Notes under the pieces: generated by a model
What the model saw: only the letters and a program-made list of their open reading frames with translations
Database searches by the model: none
Told to the model about the DNA's origin: nothing
Source: Eledone cirrhosa
Taxonomy: Eukaryota
NCBI GenBank assembly: GCA_964016885.1
Contig: CAXHJY010000551.1
Location: forward strand, 86,916 to 150,915
Length of the DNA stretch: 64,000 nt
Direction of reading: 5' to 3'
In this document: one piece after another, positions 27,477-42,591 of the stretch
Numbering within the stretch: position 1 is the first letter of the stretch
Layout: each line of letters starts with the position of its first letter
Made by a program: the position numbers and the translations under genes

Positions 27477-28395
27477 ATCTCTCACCCAGAGAAATCGGAA
27501 GATCCTATTCAATGTTCAAACAAGATGAAAAAATGGACAAATTTACAGAAAAAGTTCTGCATGGATACTTGAGACGTAAAACACAGACCATAGAGAGGTT
27601 AAACCACTCAAAAAGCCTGGCATGGAGTTCCGACAAGTTTATGACATCACACCTTGAGGGATAACTCTATGCAATACAGGAACAAGAACTCCCTACCAAA
27701 TATCTGCTGCACAAAAGGGGAGGGCCATCAGCTGACAATAAATGTAGGCTATGAAAAACAAAGATCAAGGATGTAAGCCACATTGTTGCCAGCTGCGAAA
27801 GAATGTCATCTCGCTACTACCTCCCCACGAGACACGATGGGATAGCTAGAACCATCTGGAACGCACTTCGGAAAACAAAATTAACAACAAACGAGGAAGA
27901 ATACATTGAGACAGATGGCACTAAGGAATACTGGTGGAACCTGAAAATAAAAACTGCCACCAAATTAAAGCACAACCGGCCTGATATTGTTGTTTGGGAC
28001 CACCCATTGAAAACGTGTTATGTTGTGGAGATCAGCTGCCCACTTGATGTAAACGTTGTCAGAAAAATACAGGAGAAGGATAACATCTACGGACCATTGA
28101 TGAGGAGTTTACAAATCCAGTATCCAAGATACACCTTTAGCTTCATACCCATCATTATTGGAGCTACGGGTTATATACCAACCCGTTTGGACCAAAGTAT
28201 GACTGAACTTGGATTTGCGGACAAAGAGCGCGGTTCCCTAATTCATAGTCTACAAATGGCTGCGATAGCTGGCACCTTCAAAATTTGAAAAACATTCTTG
28301 CGATTCAAGGGATGACAATTTCTTTTCTTTTACAACCTTGCCACCAGGAAGGTGGCCGGTCAAAAAAATATACTCGAAATTAAGAGAAAGAGATA
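27477..28395 (+). mobile_element. 3' fragment of a restriction-like-endonuclease non-LTR retrotransposon (R4/R2-group), pseudogenised
   Basis: AIQEQ..TKY, CCHC knuckle CRL*K..KDVSHIVASC, RHD motif, PD-(D/E)xK domain RPDIVVWD..CYVVEISCP, PIIIGATG. In-frame stops present. Flanked by (TACA)n on both sides. Confidence 0.9.
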
Positions 28396-28799
28396 ACATA
28401 CATACATACACATTTTGAAGAATATTATGGAGAAATCAGATAAAAAGCAGGACAGTGAAATAGAACAGGAGAATGTATTACAAGCAGAACAAATATATGA
28501 GCTGTTATTGACAATATCATAATTTACAAGACAGAACTTTTATTGAGATGAAATGGAACGCAATGTCTAAATAATATCGTTCTTAAAAAATTAGTTCACG
28601 CTGACCTTTACAGAAACACATCCGCACACACACGAACACACACAAGTGCTTATACCTATATGTGATATATATATAAATACACGCGCAAGCACACACATAC
28701 ACACACACGCACATACAGACATACAAACACATATGTATATATATATAGAGAGAGAGAGAGGAAAAGAGAGATAAAGAGAAAAAGAGAAATAGATATCTA

Positions 28800-29148
<349 letters not shown>

Positions 29149-30485
29149 CAGAGAGATGCAGACATATGCAATCTTTTATTATCTAATTGGCTCAAATATA
29201 ATATGCTACTTACATATATTGCCAGTGATGTAAAGTCCGACAGGTGATGTAGAACCACACAACAAGAAGCAGTGCCGATCTATTGTAAAGTCGTGTCCAG
29301 TAAAGACGAAAATACCGCAGATAATATATTGTTATTGCAACATAATATCCACCAAAGACGGAAATATCACACAGAAGACGTTGCTATTACAAAGTCATAT
29401 CCACCAAAGATGAAAATATCACAGGGAAGACGTTACTATATAAAGTCATATCTAACAAAAGCTAGGATATCACTGAGAAAATGACGTTATTGCAAAGGAT
29501 ATCGTTATTATAATTGCCACTATTTTTTAGATTGTTATTCTTATTATCATTGCTGCTGCTGTTATGGTAGATTAGCCATAATTACGATGTTGTCGTTTGT
29601 CTCATTTATATAGTCTTCATTGTTTTATAACTATTGTGGTCGTTATTACACGTCTTTTTATTTTCTTGTATTTTTGTTCTTGTTTATGCCTATGATTTTA
29701 CTAGTGCAAATTTTACTGTTGTAGTTGTTATTGATGTTGCATAACCCCAGGTCAGAGTTGACTGATCAGATTTATGAATAATGGAATTCCACGTAACCCT
29801 TGAGGGCTACCTCTGAATACACTTTCTAATGCCTTCTTTAATCGTTGGAGATGGTAATATGCGATTTTAGGAAATATGTCCGTTATTTGTCGCGAATTTA
29901 GTGACAAATATAGGCTCCTTCTAATGCTAGATGTTATTGTTGTTGTTGCAGTAGTAGTGTTTATTGCTATAGTTGTTGTTGTTGAAGATGTTCTGAGAGT
30001 AGCGTAAAAACACGTCCTTATTCATTGTCTCATGTTATATAAATGCATCAAGTGAGTTTGGTAATATGTCGCCATGCAATGAATATCACGTTTCAGCCAA
30101 CCTCATTAGTTGCTATCAAAGCATTTTCCCTCTATCTTTTGTATATGTGTGTGCCTCTCTCTTCTTCTCTCACTCTCTCCTGTCTGTCTTTCTCTCTATG
30201 ACCAACTCTTCTCACACTGCCCCCAGGAATAACAGTCACAAAAGCTAATCTGCTCGCCTGGTTTCGCAAACATAAGATCTTCTATCACTCTCCCCCTCCC
30301 GATATAACTCACACCTTTCCATTCTCCCTTTCTCTGTTAAACCATACCTTCCACCTCTCTCTTCTGTTGTTCAATGTCTTTTTCCTATCTTATATATATA
30401 TATCTTACACACATACATACACACACACACACTCGTATATATATGCGGGTGTGTACATATCCATATATTTCATATAGGTATATGT

Positions 30486-30534
<49 letters not shown>

Positions 30535-30571
30535 CCTATATGAAATATATGGATATGTACATATGTATATA

Positions 30572-30778
30572 TAAATTAAAATAACAGATTACATTTTCAG
30601 AAGATCCCATTAAGGGTGAAATCAACGATTCTTTGATTTCACCCTTAATGGGATCTTCTGAAAATTTAATCTGTTATTTTAATTTTAATAAATGTTTGCT
30701 CTAGGATTCTTATATATTTGATTTATATTTATCCTTATCGAGCCCTCTTTGGATTTTAGCGTTCACATTTATTTTTCT

Positions 30779-30782
<4 letters not shown>
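30572..30782. repeat. Family C fold-back with nested inversion
   Basis: Matches the pLTR end; hairpin ttttcagaagatcccattaagggtgaaatcaa..ttgatttcacccttaatgggatcttctgaaaa. Confidence 0.88.
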
Positions 30783-30830
<48 letters not shown>

Positions 30831-31087
30831 ACATATATATATTCAGAGAGAGGAAGAGAAAGAGATTAAGTAAAATCGAAGTCAGTGTTGGAGCATATAT
30901 ACAAACTTTATTGACATATAACAATTGTTTCGATATCGATCAGATCAGGGTACAATGACACTGACGGAGCCCGACCCTTTTCAGATATCTCGTCAAATAT
31001 GCGAGCAGACATGTGTCGGTGTTGTTACATACCCAAAGAAAACACACACACGCCCCCCCCCCCCCCCGACACATATATATATGTATA

Positions 31088-31261
31088 TAGGAAAAGAGTC
31101 AGGACCCCGACAGCTGAACATGAGTTCAGACCTAGCTGTCGAAACGGCCGGAGCTCAACCGTCGGGGTCCTGACTATTTTCCTATTACCCACTCTACTAC
31201 ACTAAGTATCGTGTATTCTGGTGCGTTATGGTCCACCTGGTTCCTTACCACACTTCCTTCG

Positions 31262-31264
<3 letters not shown>
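31088..31264. repeat. Family B fold-back
   Basis: Homologous to 10717-10850; short inverted arm aggaaaagagtcaggaccccga/tcggggtcctgactattttcct. Confidence 0.8.
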
Positions 31265-31334
<70 letters not shown>

Positions 31335-31640
31335 CATGTGCATATATACATATTCACATATATGTACATATATACATATATACATATATACATATATACA
31401 TGTGTGTATGTATCTATGTGTCTGTCCCTGTGTGTGGATATTTTATCCACGACGCGGCCTTTAGGTATTTTCGAGGACATCATCTGTTTACACACATAAT
31501 CAGTGCATTGTTCCTTTTCAGTTTTACTATATCTTTTTGGCCGTCCTCGTTTAATAAATTCCATGTGAATATGTTTCGCTGATGAGGTCTATATCCACTG
31601 CTCTGCTTTATATTTTCCCAAAAGAATTGGACCCACCTCA

Positions 31641-31807
31641 CAGTGCCAGATTTAGGACAAATGAGGCCCCTCTGCTAGTTAAGTTATGAGGCCCCAAACA
31701 TTTGAAAAGTTCATCGTAAACATTTTGGGGGGCAGGAAGATGGGCCACACTGGCCCAACGGAGCCCTCTGTTAAGCACACCTAATCACAATGGTAAATCC
31801 TGCACTA
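31641..31807. mobile_element. hAT-like MITE
   Basis: TIRs CAGTGCCAGATTTA and TAAATCCTGCACTA; subterminal GGCCCC motifs; imperfect 8-bp TSD ccacctca/ccaccaga. Confidence 0.65.
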
Positions 31808-32311
31808 CCACCAGACCACCTATAGATATGTTTTGCCTCACCTGTTTCGCATTATCAGATCACTCCTAAAGGTAGTTTCGGTGTTGAATTTGTGAAAATT
31901 GTCTAAGTTGAATGATGTGTTGATCCTGCTCACTGTATTCGGAATGTGTTTCTCTATACAGATTAATACACCTCATGCAGAACTGACACAGTTTGTTGAA
32001 TAAAGTTTAAATTTTAAACTGTTAAAATCTAAATGCCTATAATATTAAATCAGTTCCTTAGAATGAAATCTGTTACTATGTGTCTCAAGAACCGATGGGA
32101 CTGCGGAAGATTCTAAAGTTTAATAGTATAATCTTTAAATCTTTATACAGTAAACTTTACCATTATTGATTTAAAACATTTTAAAGAATTTTATTTCTGA
32201 ATTTTTTAACACTATTCCTCTTTCAATAACTTACCTTTATTTTGAATTCACACACACACACATATATATATATTTGATTACATACACATATATTTGTATT
32301 ATACACAGACG

Positions 32312-32383
<72 letters not shown>

Positions 32384-32799
32384 ATGCATATGTATGCATA
32401 TGTATATATATATATATATATACATATTTATTATTCAGAATATTAATAAATAAAGACATTCACATGATCAAAATATGTTTTATTATATACTAGCAGTTTA
32501 GCCCGGCATTGCTCGGGTTTGTTCATCTGCTATGAAAAGTTACATACAGGTAAACGTGGCTTGAAAGCGAATAAGCTTATCAATTAAGTGCATAAAGCAG
32601 TTGAACCGGTTATTAAAAGTTACGAACCAATTAGCATTTTGGACAATAAATGATGGGTTAATAATCTTCCAATAGCGAATTTAGTAGACCACAGTTGCAA
32701 GATAGTGGCCCTGATGCCGCTGGGTGTCAGATCTGACCCTACCAGGAAATAGTTTTCGAGACGGCATAGCTCCAACACCTCCAGCACCTGCACCAAAAT

Positions 32800-33055
32800 C
32801 TATAGCACCTCTTTGTAGACGATATTGTGTGTCATCCCTTGAGGAGTGTAAGCAAAAAGTCCATTCCTGCTCCCTACGCGAGAACAGGCAACATAAAGTT
32901 GGCCATGGAAGAAACATGGCTCCCCCCAAATGGATGCCCGCCATCGACAATGTTTGCCCTTGTGACTTAATGGGCATGACAAAACATAGTCTCACCGGGA
33001 ATTGGGATCGCCGGAAATCGAACGGGATATCTGACGCCGAGGGAAAAAGGTTCAT
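32800..33055 (-). pseudogene. Helitron Pif1-family helicase C-terminal fragment (frameshifted)
   Basis: RRSQFPVRLCFVMPIKSQGQTL and CFFHGQLYVACSRV...THNIVYKEVL (Pif1 motifs V/VI). Confidence 0.92.
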
Positions 33056-33289
33056 CCTTGGCAGTGTATTCGGCAGAATTGCCAGAAGTACAACACTATG
33101 GGTGTTGTCATATTAATATTTAACCAATGAAAGTCGTAAAAAATAAATAATTTAAACATTACGATTCATATGTCTATAGCATTAATCTGTTATATGAGGT
33201 ACTATTTTGAGGGTTGTTATTTGCAATAAGCCGATGTAAAATACCCCAGAAAAGCCGTATGTCAATACGGAACTCCAATGACTCCCCAG

Positions 33290-33610
33290 CAATTAAATTA
33301 TAGAGAGGGGGAATAATCTATTATAGAGAGAGGGAAGAGCGATGGAGAGAGTAAAGCCAAGAAACTATAGGGAGGTGTGTAAAACAGTGTTGTCATATAG
33401 AGAGTGAAGAGCGACAGAGAGAGTAAAGCAGTTAAATTATAGAGAGGGGGAATAATCTATTATAGAGAGAGGGGAGAGCGACGGAGAGAGTAAAGCTAAG
33501 AAACTATAGGGATGTGTGTTAAACCTCAAAGCATGAAGAGTTTAAAGCAGTTAAATTATAGAGAGGGGAAATGATCTATTATAGAGAGAGGGAAGAGCGA
33601 CGGAGAGAGC
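33290..33610. repeat. Minisatellite inside the Helitron, about 2.5-3 units of 120-140 bp
   Basis: Recurrent ttaaattatagagaggggg/aataatctattatagagagagggaagagcga at ~33293, ~33432 and ~33551. Confidence 0.85.
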
Positions 33611-34129
33611 GTTATGACTATGTTTGTTGTATAAAATGATGTGTTGCTTAGTTTTCAAAGTTTATGTCACGTTCCTAAAAGAAGTTTTGTCTCTGATGGA
33701 GTTTTGTCTCTGAGTGAATAAGCGTGTAGAGAGAGGGTTACAGCATGTATTTAGTTTTATCTATTTTTTCATAGAAGCAGGAAACTTTTGCAAAAGTTTA
33801 TTACGCGTTGACCATCGTTGGTATAGTTGAAGCACGTTGGAAAAAGAAATCCTCAAAAACGGTAGAGAAATGTGGAAATGCATAAAAATCATACACACAC
33901 ACAATCAGACATCTTCCGTTTTATATATATAGAGAGATATTTCGAAGGTACTGTGCTGTTTTTCCAGTACGTCCTCGTCAGATAAAATACATGAATTGAT
34001 GTATGACATACCTCAACGGTCTTGATGGTTCAATTCCAGTATTGGCAGTTATGAGGCTTTTGCTTTCACTGCCAATACTGGAATTGAACCATCAAGACCG
34101 TTGAGGTATGTCATACATCAATTCATGTA

Positions 34130-34195
34130 TTTTATCTGACGAGAGGACGTACTAAAAAAAAACAACACAGTACCTTCGAAATATATATAATAAAA
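34130..34195 (+). ncRNA. Type I HHR (family A)
   Basis: TTTTAT-CTGACGA-GAGGacGTACT..AGTACCTTC-GAAA-TATATA-TA-ATAAAA. The mirror copy is split by the Helitron. Confidence 0.78.
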
Positions 34196-34363
34196 CATAT
34201 ATTTTGATTATGTGTATGTCTTCATTTATTAATATTCTGAAAAATATTAATAACTCCAGAAAATTTCATTGTAGAGTGCTTTTAATCTATTGTAAAACTA
34301 TATTCATTGACTAATCAATGAACCATATTAATCTTTGGTTATATATACATATATATATATATA

Positions 34364-34450
<87 letters not shown>

Positions 34451-34586
34451 TGCTAGGGAAAGGATCAGGGGTGTATAACACTCCACTTATCCAGCAGGCA
34501 GTATGAGGTTAGCTCAATGTAAGGACAAAGCCGTAATATAATAAATAAATAACAAAGAACGCTTATAGCATATGCATATCTTTACT

Positions 34587-34632
34587 TGCTAACATTGTTT
34601 CATCCGCACTATAAGTGGGACTCATCAGAGCA
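34587..34632 (-). ncRNA. Type I HHR, left arm of the giant palindrome
   Basis: TGCT-CTGATGA-GTCC(CACttataGTG)cGGAT-GAAA-CAATG-TT-AGCA. Confidence 0.8.
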
Positions 34633-35233
34633 TAAAGGTTAATTACATACCATACAAGCAATAACAAATCCAAGACATTGAAGAATGAAAGGTAATAATA
34701 GACGATAGAGGATAAGAATAAAAATAAAAATAAAAATAAAAGTAAAAATAAAAATAAAAATAAAAATAAGGGGTGCTATCAGTCACAGTTGGGCGGGATG
34801 CTGTCAACATATAGTTACATACAAGCATACACATGGATAAGAGTACAGACAGGAGTAGACACATGGATAAGAGAACAGACAAGAGTAGATAAGATAATGG
34901 GATTAGGTAAGAGTAGGTAAAAAATAGGTAAAAAATAGGTGGAAAACAGACTTATAATATATATAAAAAGAAATACAAAGAAATACATAACAAACTTACA
35001 TATAAAATATAAAAAATAAAATATAGGGTAAGGAATGAGATAAAATAATATAAAATTAAAAATTAAAAATTATATACATAGAACATAATATAGTATAATC
35101 GTAAAATAAGATAAAATAAGGTAAACTAAAATCAAATAACATAGACTAAATTAAAATAATATAATATAAGATATAATTAAATGTATAATTAAATGTAATT
35201 AAATGTAATTAAATAAAATAAAATAAAATAAAA

Positions 35234-35264
<31 letters not shown>

Positions 35265-35331
35265 AAATTAAAAATTAAATAAATAAATAAAATTAAAATT
35301 AAAATGTTAATTTTATTTATTTATTTAATTT

Positions 35332-35366
<35 letters not shown>

Positions 35367-35967
35367 TTTTATTTTATTTTATTTTATTTAATTACATTTA
35401 ATTACATTTAATTATACATTTAATTATATCTTATATTATATTATTTTAATTTAGTCTATGTTATTTGATTTTAGTATACCTTATTTTATCTTATTTTACG
35501 ATTATACTATATTATGTTCTATGTATATAATTTTTAATTTTTAATTTTATATTATTTTATCTCATTCCTTACCTTATATTTTATTTTTTATATTTTATAT
35601 GTAAGTTTGTTATGTATTTCTTTGTATTTCTTTTTATATATATTATAAGTCTGTTTTCCACCTATTTTTTACCTATTTTTTACCTACTCTTACCTAATCC
35701 CATTATCTTATCTACTCTTGTCTGTTCTCTTATCCATGTGTCTACTCCTGTCTGTACTCTTATCCATGTGTATGCTTGTATGTAACTATATGTTGACAGC
35801 ACCCCGCCCAACTGTGACTGATAGCACCCCTTATTTTTATTTTTATTTTTATTTTTACTTTTATTTTTATTTTAATTTTTATTCTTATCCTCTATCGTCT
35901 ATTATTACCTTTCATTCTTCAATGTCTTGGATTTGTTATTGCTTGTATGGTATGTAATTAACCTTTA

Positions 35968-36013
35968 TGCTCTGATGAGTCCCACTTATAGTGCGGATGA
36001 AACAATGTTCGCA
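35968..36013 (+). ncRNA. Type I HHR, right arm of the giant palindrome
   Basis: Mirror of 34587-34632 with an A>C change next to the cleavage site. Confidence 0.72.
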
Positions 36014-36065
36014 AGTAAAGATATGCATATGCTATAAGCGTTCTTTGTTATTTATTTATTATATT

Positions 36066-36832
<767 letters not shown>

Positions 36833-37392
36833 TACGGAGAGTACACGAATGAGGATGATATACCCGAACCTTCGATAGATAGATGCAGTAGACAATAGAG
36901 TAATTAACGCGGTCACATGAATGCATATATGTATATTTTTTTGTCCGCTATTGCTTGTATGTGTATTGACTGTGTATTGACTGTGTCTATATAAGTATGT
37001 ATGGTATTCAGTTTCCATATTTGTCTCGTCTCTTGCTTTCACAGAGCAAACATTCACTTGAATCGGAAGTACATTTACGATATTTAATTGATCAACCAGT
37101 CAGTATAATCTTCCGCGTTGAACGATGGTCACTAACAGGAAGCAGACCGGAAAGTTTGCTTGTTACTCACGGTAGCGGCTTCCGGAAATCCCATTATTTA
37201 AATCCGGTCATGTGAATCTAATATTTCTCAAGTGAGATGGAACGTACTGGCGAGTGTTGTCAAGGCCAGGCAGGTAAAGGTAAATTGACTTGAGTCAGTA
37301 AGTTCAAAGGAAGCTTTATCTTTCATTAGTGGTCAGTACGGTTCGGACTGGCTTTCTCTACACCTCTCTCCTCTCCCTCTCTATCGTCTCTC

Positions 37393-37490
<98 letters not shown>

Positions 37491-38251
37491 CCTCTCTCTC
37501 TCTCTCTCCACCTCACTCATTCTTTATGTATTTATCTCGTTTCTGTATGTTTGTGTTTGTGTGCATGAGTATGTTTGTGTGTATATGTCGTTTGTATACC
37601 TGTGTGTGATTGTGTGTGTACATGTGTACATATACGTGAATATATCTATGTTTTATGTGTGCTTATCAAAGAGTGATAGTTATAATATTATTGGACTCGG
37701 ATTATTTAGATTTGAACCGGGGAATATACGATTATCTGAATTAGATATCAGAAAGATTAATCTATCACGGGAATCGAAACCAATTAATCGAAACCCAATA
37801 ACATAAGTAAAATAAAATAAAAATTAAGTATAAAAAAATAATTCTAAACTTACTCTAAACAGGGAAACTAGGAGGGCAATACCGTTATTGACCTTGCTAG
37901 AAAGAGCAGCAAAATGTTATCTCTTGTTTTATATTATATGTTAAGAGGCGGTGAATTGCTTGAATCGTTAGAACGTTGGATAAAATGTTTTACCGTATTC
38001 ATTTCGGCTCTCTGCTCTCTGAGATCAAATCGGGCCGAGACCAGCTTTGCCTATCATCCATTCAATGTCAATAAAAAGAACCACTCTAGTACTGGGGTCA
38101 ATTCTTCCTCTATATCTTTTTTCTCTCCCATTCCTTCATTCTCTAGCCTTGTCTAGAAGAAAGCTGCTGTATTCAGACCTGGAGATGATTGGGCTACGCT
38201 GGGTTTTAAAATGCTCTAGAAACGCAGTATATTACTACTGCACGCTACGAT

Positions 38252-38527
38252 CAGGGCCGGATTTAATGAGGAAAAGGAGGGAAATTGCCCCAGGCCCACT
38301 GCAGTGAGGAGCCCCAACAGCGACGGCCATAGCAATTTATTTGCGCCCTCAGCTGCACTTTTTACTTTCAGGATGTTTAGAAGTTTTGAATTTAATACTT
38401 GTATGTTTACCTTCTCAATTCCAATTACTTGCGCCAAGCTAACTTTGATATGTAAAATTGTGGGATCTTCTATGTATTCTTTTTTTTTGTGTATGAGGGG
38501 CACCCCCAAGGTATAAATCCAACCCTG
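38252..38527. mobile_element. hAT-like MITE
   Basis: TIRs CAGGGCCGGATTTA and TAAATCCAACCCTG; GGCCC/GCCCC motifs; imperfect 8-bp TSD gctacgat/cttacgac. Confidence 0.65.
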
Positions 38528-38882
38528 CTTACGACTCCCTCGGGAGTTACAGGACCATACATGCATGTATATCGAAAAACAGGTGCAGGGCACGTTGAAA
38601 CCCCCTTAGTAGAATACAATAATATTTATTCAAACTAGAATCTAAGTGTCGGAGCTATCGCTAGCAGCCACATCCGTATAAAAATTGCCTTCAGTTATGA
38701 AAATTTCAATCACGTGGATATAAAGTGGATATGACAAATTGATAAATAGATAAAATATATCACTTCAAAATTAGGCATCAAGTATTCTTTTTTATTTTAT
38801 TTGTAAGTTTGTAGGAAGCAGTACATGCAATGGCAAAAATCCTGGCTGTATGTATATGTGTTCACACACAAACACACACACA

Positions 38883-38959
<77 letters not shown>

Positions 38960-39338
38960 CTCCTTGTCGCGGCGCCCAACGATTTCGGCTTGTGTGTTCT
39001 GGATATATTACATATATATATTTATATATATTTATATATACATAATATGTAGTGACATAACAACTACCTTTAGTCAATATATCGATTTGCCATTAACAAT
39101 CAACCCGTTAAAGCGTGCGTTAAACAATGAACTAATTAAGGACCTATCTTCGACTTTTGTTTTATTTTCATTATTAAATACTCACACATATATATAATGA
39201 CCCTTCATCAAGAGTAGAATATTTAAGTGACTTCATAAAGTATAGCTCTCATCGCATAATCTCTTTGAAACCAGCTCATTAATGCTGCATTTAGTTCTAA
39301 CAATGTTATTGTGCCTACCATAAACAGGTGGATCCAGT

Positions 39339-39380
<42 letters not shown>

Positions 39381-39385
<5 letters not shown>

Positions 39386-39479
39386 TTCATCAGTGATTTT
39401 CCAACTATCATTGGTATTTCATCGCTTTTCAAAGCGATGAAATACCAATGATAGTTGGAAAATCACCGATGAAGGACTA
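39381..39479. repeat. 48-bp-arm hairpin next to (TA)n
   Basis: agtctttcatcagtgattttcc...cgcttt-tc-aaagcg...ggaaaatcaccgatgaaggact; the arms end in CTGATGA/CCGATGA. Confidence 0.85.
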
Positions 39480-39768
39480 ATTATTTTCATATGTAACCCA
39501 TGTGCAGCCACGCAGCACTCAATTCTTCACATATTTTTATATATATATATATATAAACAATGTGTCATATGGTTTGTTGATTATTCAACAAAGTTAATTT
39601 TACAACAGATTAGAATCACTCAAAAGAATTTTTATCTGGAGTATTATTAATATTAATAATATTAATAAATGGAAAAGATCTTTATAAAACCATATGGTAT
39701 AATTCCAGTGGACTTATACCATTAAGTTCACATGAATATATGTCACTATCTGAACACCAATTATTATA

Positions 39769-39825
39769 TTTTATCTGAGGAAAGCGTACTTAAATATTTG
39801 TACCGTTGAAATTCGTATAATAAAA
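39769..39825 (+). ncRNA. Type I HHR (family A)
   Basis: TTTTAT-CTGAGGA-AAGCGTAC..GTACCGTT-GAAA-TTCGTA-TA-ATAAAA. Confidence 0.7.
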
Positions 39826-39874
39826 TAATATGGTTTTATAAAGATATTTTCCATATATTAATATTATTAATATA

Positions 39875-39967
<93 letters not shown>

Positions 39968-39970
<3 letters not shown>

Positions 39971-40300
39971 TTGTACCACGGTATTCGCGAGGTTACGATC
40001 CTAGCGCACCCGCGAAAATTGAAAAACATCGAATAATGGACGTGATCCATATAAATGCCTATAAACAACAAAATATAACGTAAAATTTTAGAAAAAGAAA
40101 GGGACCGCCTTATGCGAAGTGCAAATACTGTATATTGTTATTGATAATTTAATATATATTGCCAGGAAAAAAGGTATTAAAAAATCTTGGAAGCTATTTA
40201 CGATTCCGCGTATATGCAGTGGTTTCCATGAAAAATTATTAGTTAGGTTCTAATGAAAATTGCGCGAATAACAGGGGCAGCGAATGCCGGGTGTACATTG
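39968..40300. mobile_element. Pogo/Tigger-type MITE
   Basis: TIRs CAGTTGTACCACGGTATTCGC and GCGAATGCCGGGTGTACATTG; TA flanks within (TA)n. Confidence 0.75.
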
Positions 40301-41249
<949 letters not shown>

Positions 41250-41761
41250 GTAAGTATATGTGTATACGTACATACGTATATGTATACAGACGTACAGTAT
41301 CATGCATATATATATACATATATACATACAGGTACACATACATATATGCACGTATCAGCTTAGCGGACGCTTATTATAACGCCGCTTTGTTCGTTTGTAA
41401 ACAAACTGAACAGCCTGAATGTTATGCCGTACAGTGTTAAGGCAACCACGTCACCTTTTTGTTCAACACTGACACAGGAACGATGTACTAGTTTCAAGCT
41501 TGTTAGCTATCATCAGCACCGTATACCCATCTGCCAGATAGTTGAACGTTCGAAAGTATATACTTTCCTTATATAAATTAACGGCTGAGCAGCCTAATTT
41601 GCATATCGAGTGAGTTATGTCGGTCAGGCATACCGAGAACGATAAGTTGAATTAAAATGAAAACGAAATTTCATTTCTCACTCTTAGTACGGCACTTACT
41701 TAAATGTAAGTATGTGTGTATACGTACATACATATATGTATACAGACGTACAGTAGCATGC

Positions 41762-41792
<31 letters not shown>

Positions 41793-41973
41793 TACATACA
41801 GGTACACATACATATATTCACGTATCAGTTTAGCGGACGCTTATTATAACGCCGCTTAACACCGTACGACATAACATTCAGGCTGTTCAGTTTGTTTACA
41901 AACGAACAAAGCGGCGTTATAATAAGCGTCCGCTAAACTGATACGTGCATATATGTATGTGTACCTGTATGTA

Positions 41974-42037
<64 letters not shown>

Positions 42038-42152
42038 TGCTACTGTACGTATGTATACATATATGTATGTACGTATACACACATATTTACATTTAAGTAA
42101 GTGCCGTACTAAGAGTGAGAAATGAAATTTCGTTTTCATTTTATTTCAACTT
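41250..42152 (-). mobile_element. Second locus of the retrozyme-like unit: ~1.3 tandem units plus an inverted segment
   Basis: 41250-41855 is the reverse complement of the unit; 41856-42152 is in the opposite orientation; HHR at 41481-41521. Confidence 0.88.
41481..41521 (-). ncRNA. Minimal type I HHR, intact
   Basis: Exact reverse complement of 52493-52533. Confidence 0.9.
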
Positions 42153-42182
42153 ACACATATATATATATACATATATATATAT

Positions 42183-42215
<33 letters not shown>

Positions 42216-42391
42216 TATATACATACATACATACATACATATATATATATACATACATACATACATACATATATATATATACATACATACATACATATAT
42301 ATATATACATACATACATACATATATATCTATACATACATACATACATATATATACATACATACATACATATATATATATATATACATACA

Positions 42392-42427
<36 letters not shown>

Positions 42428-42441
42428 TATATATACATACA

Positions 42442-42487
<46 letters not shown>

Positions 42488-42492
42488 CATAC

Positions 42493-42587
<95 letters not shown>

Positions 42588-42591
42588 ATAT
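42153..42591. repeat. (TACA)n/(TA)n array
   Basis: Direct reading. Confidence 0.97.

Larger units (their letters stand above)
32490..33937 (-). mobile_element. Complete non-autonomous Helitron carrying a Pif1 helicase C-terminal remnant
   Basis: Minus strand starts TC(TCTCTATATATATAAAACGG) and ends with hairpin CCCG-AGCAATGC-CGGG then TAAACTG-CTAG. Inserted between A and T with no TSD; the joined flanks match the empty site at 2240-2255. Confidence 0.92.
32425..34340. repeat. Family A fold-back element interrupted by the Helitron
   Basis: Left arm 32425-32489 plus 33938-34050; right arm 34067-34245; tail to ~34340. Confidence 0.85.
34535..36065. repeat. 1.5-kb near-perfect palindrome (arms ~760 bp)
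   Basis: Mirror ORFs at 34643-34882 and 35718-35957; centre ~35300; at least five arm mismatches; unique left tail 34448-34534. Confidence 0.95.

Noticed and set aside
31579-31610. CTGATGA-GGTC..ATCC
   Set aside because: No following GAAA or helix III.
33290-33610. CRISPR-like repeat-spacer array
   Set aside because: Eukaryotic context, the spacers are themselves repeated and there are no cas genes; it is a Helitron minisatellite.
34643-35957. Two near-identical 79-aa ORFs on opposite strands
   Set aside because: Product of the palindrome, low complexity, non-ATG start.
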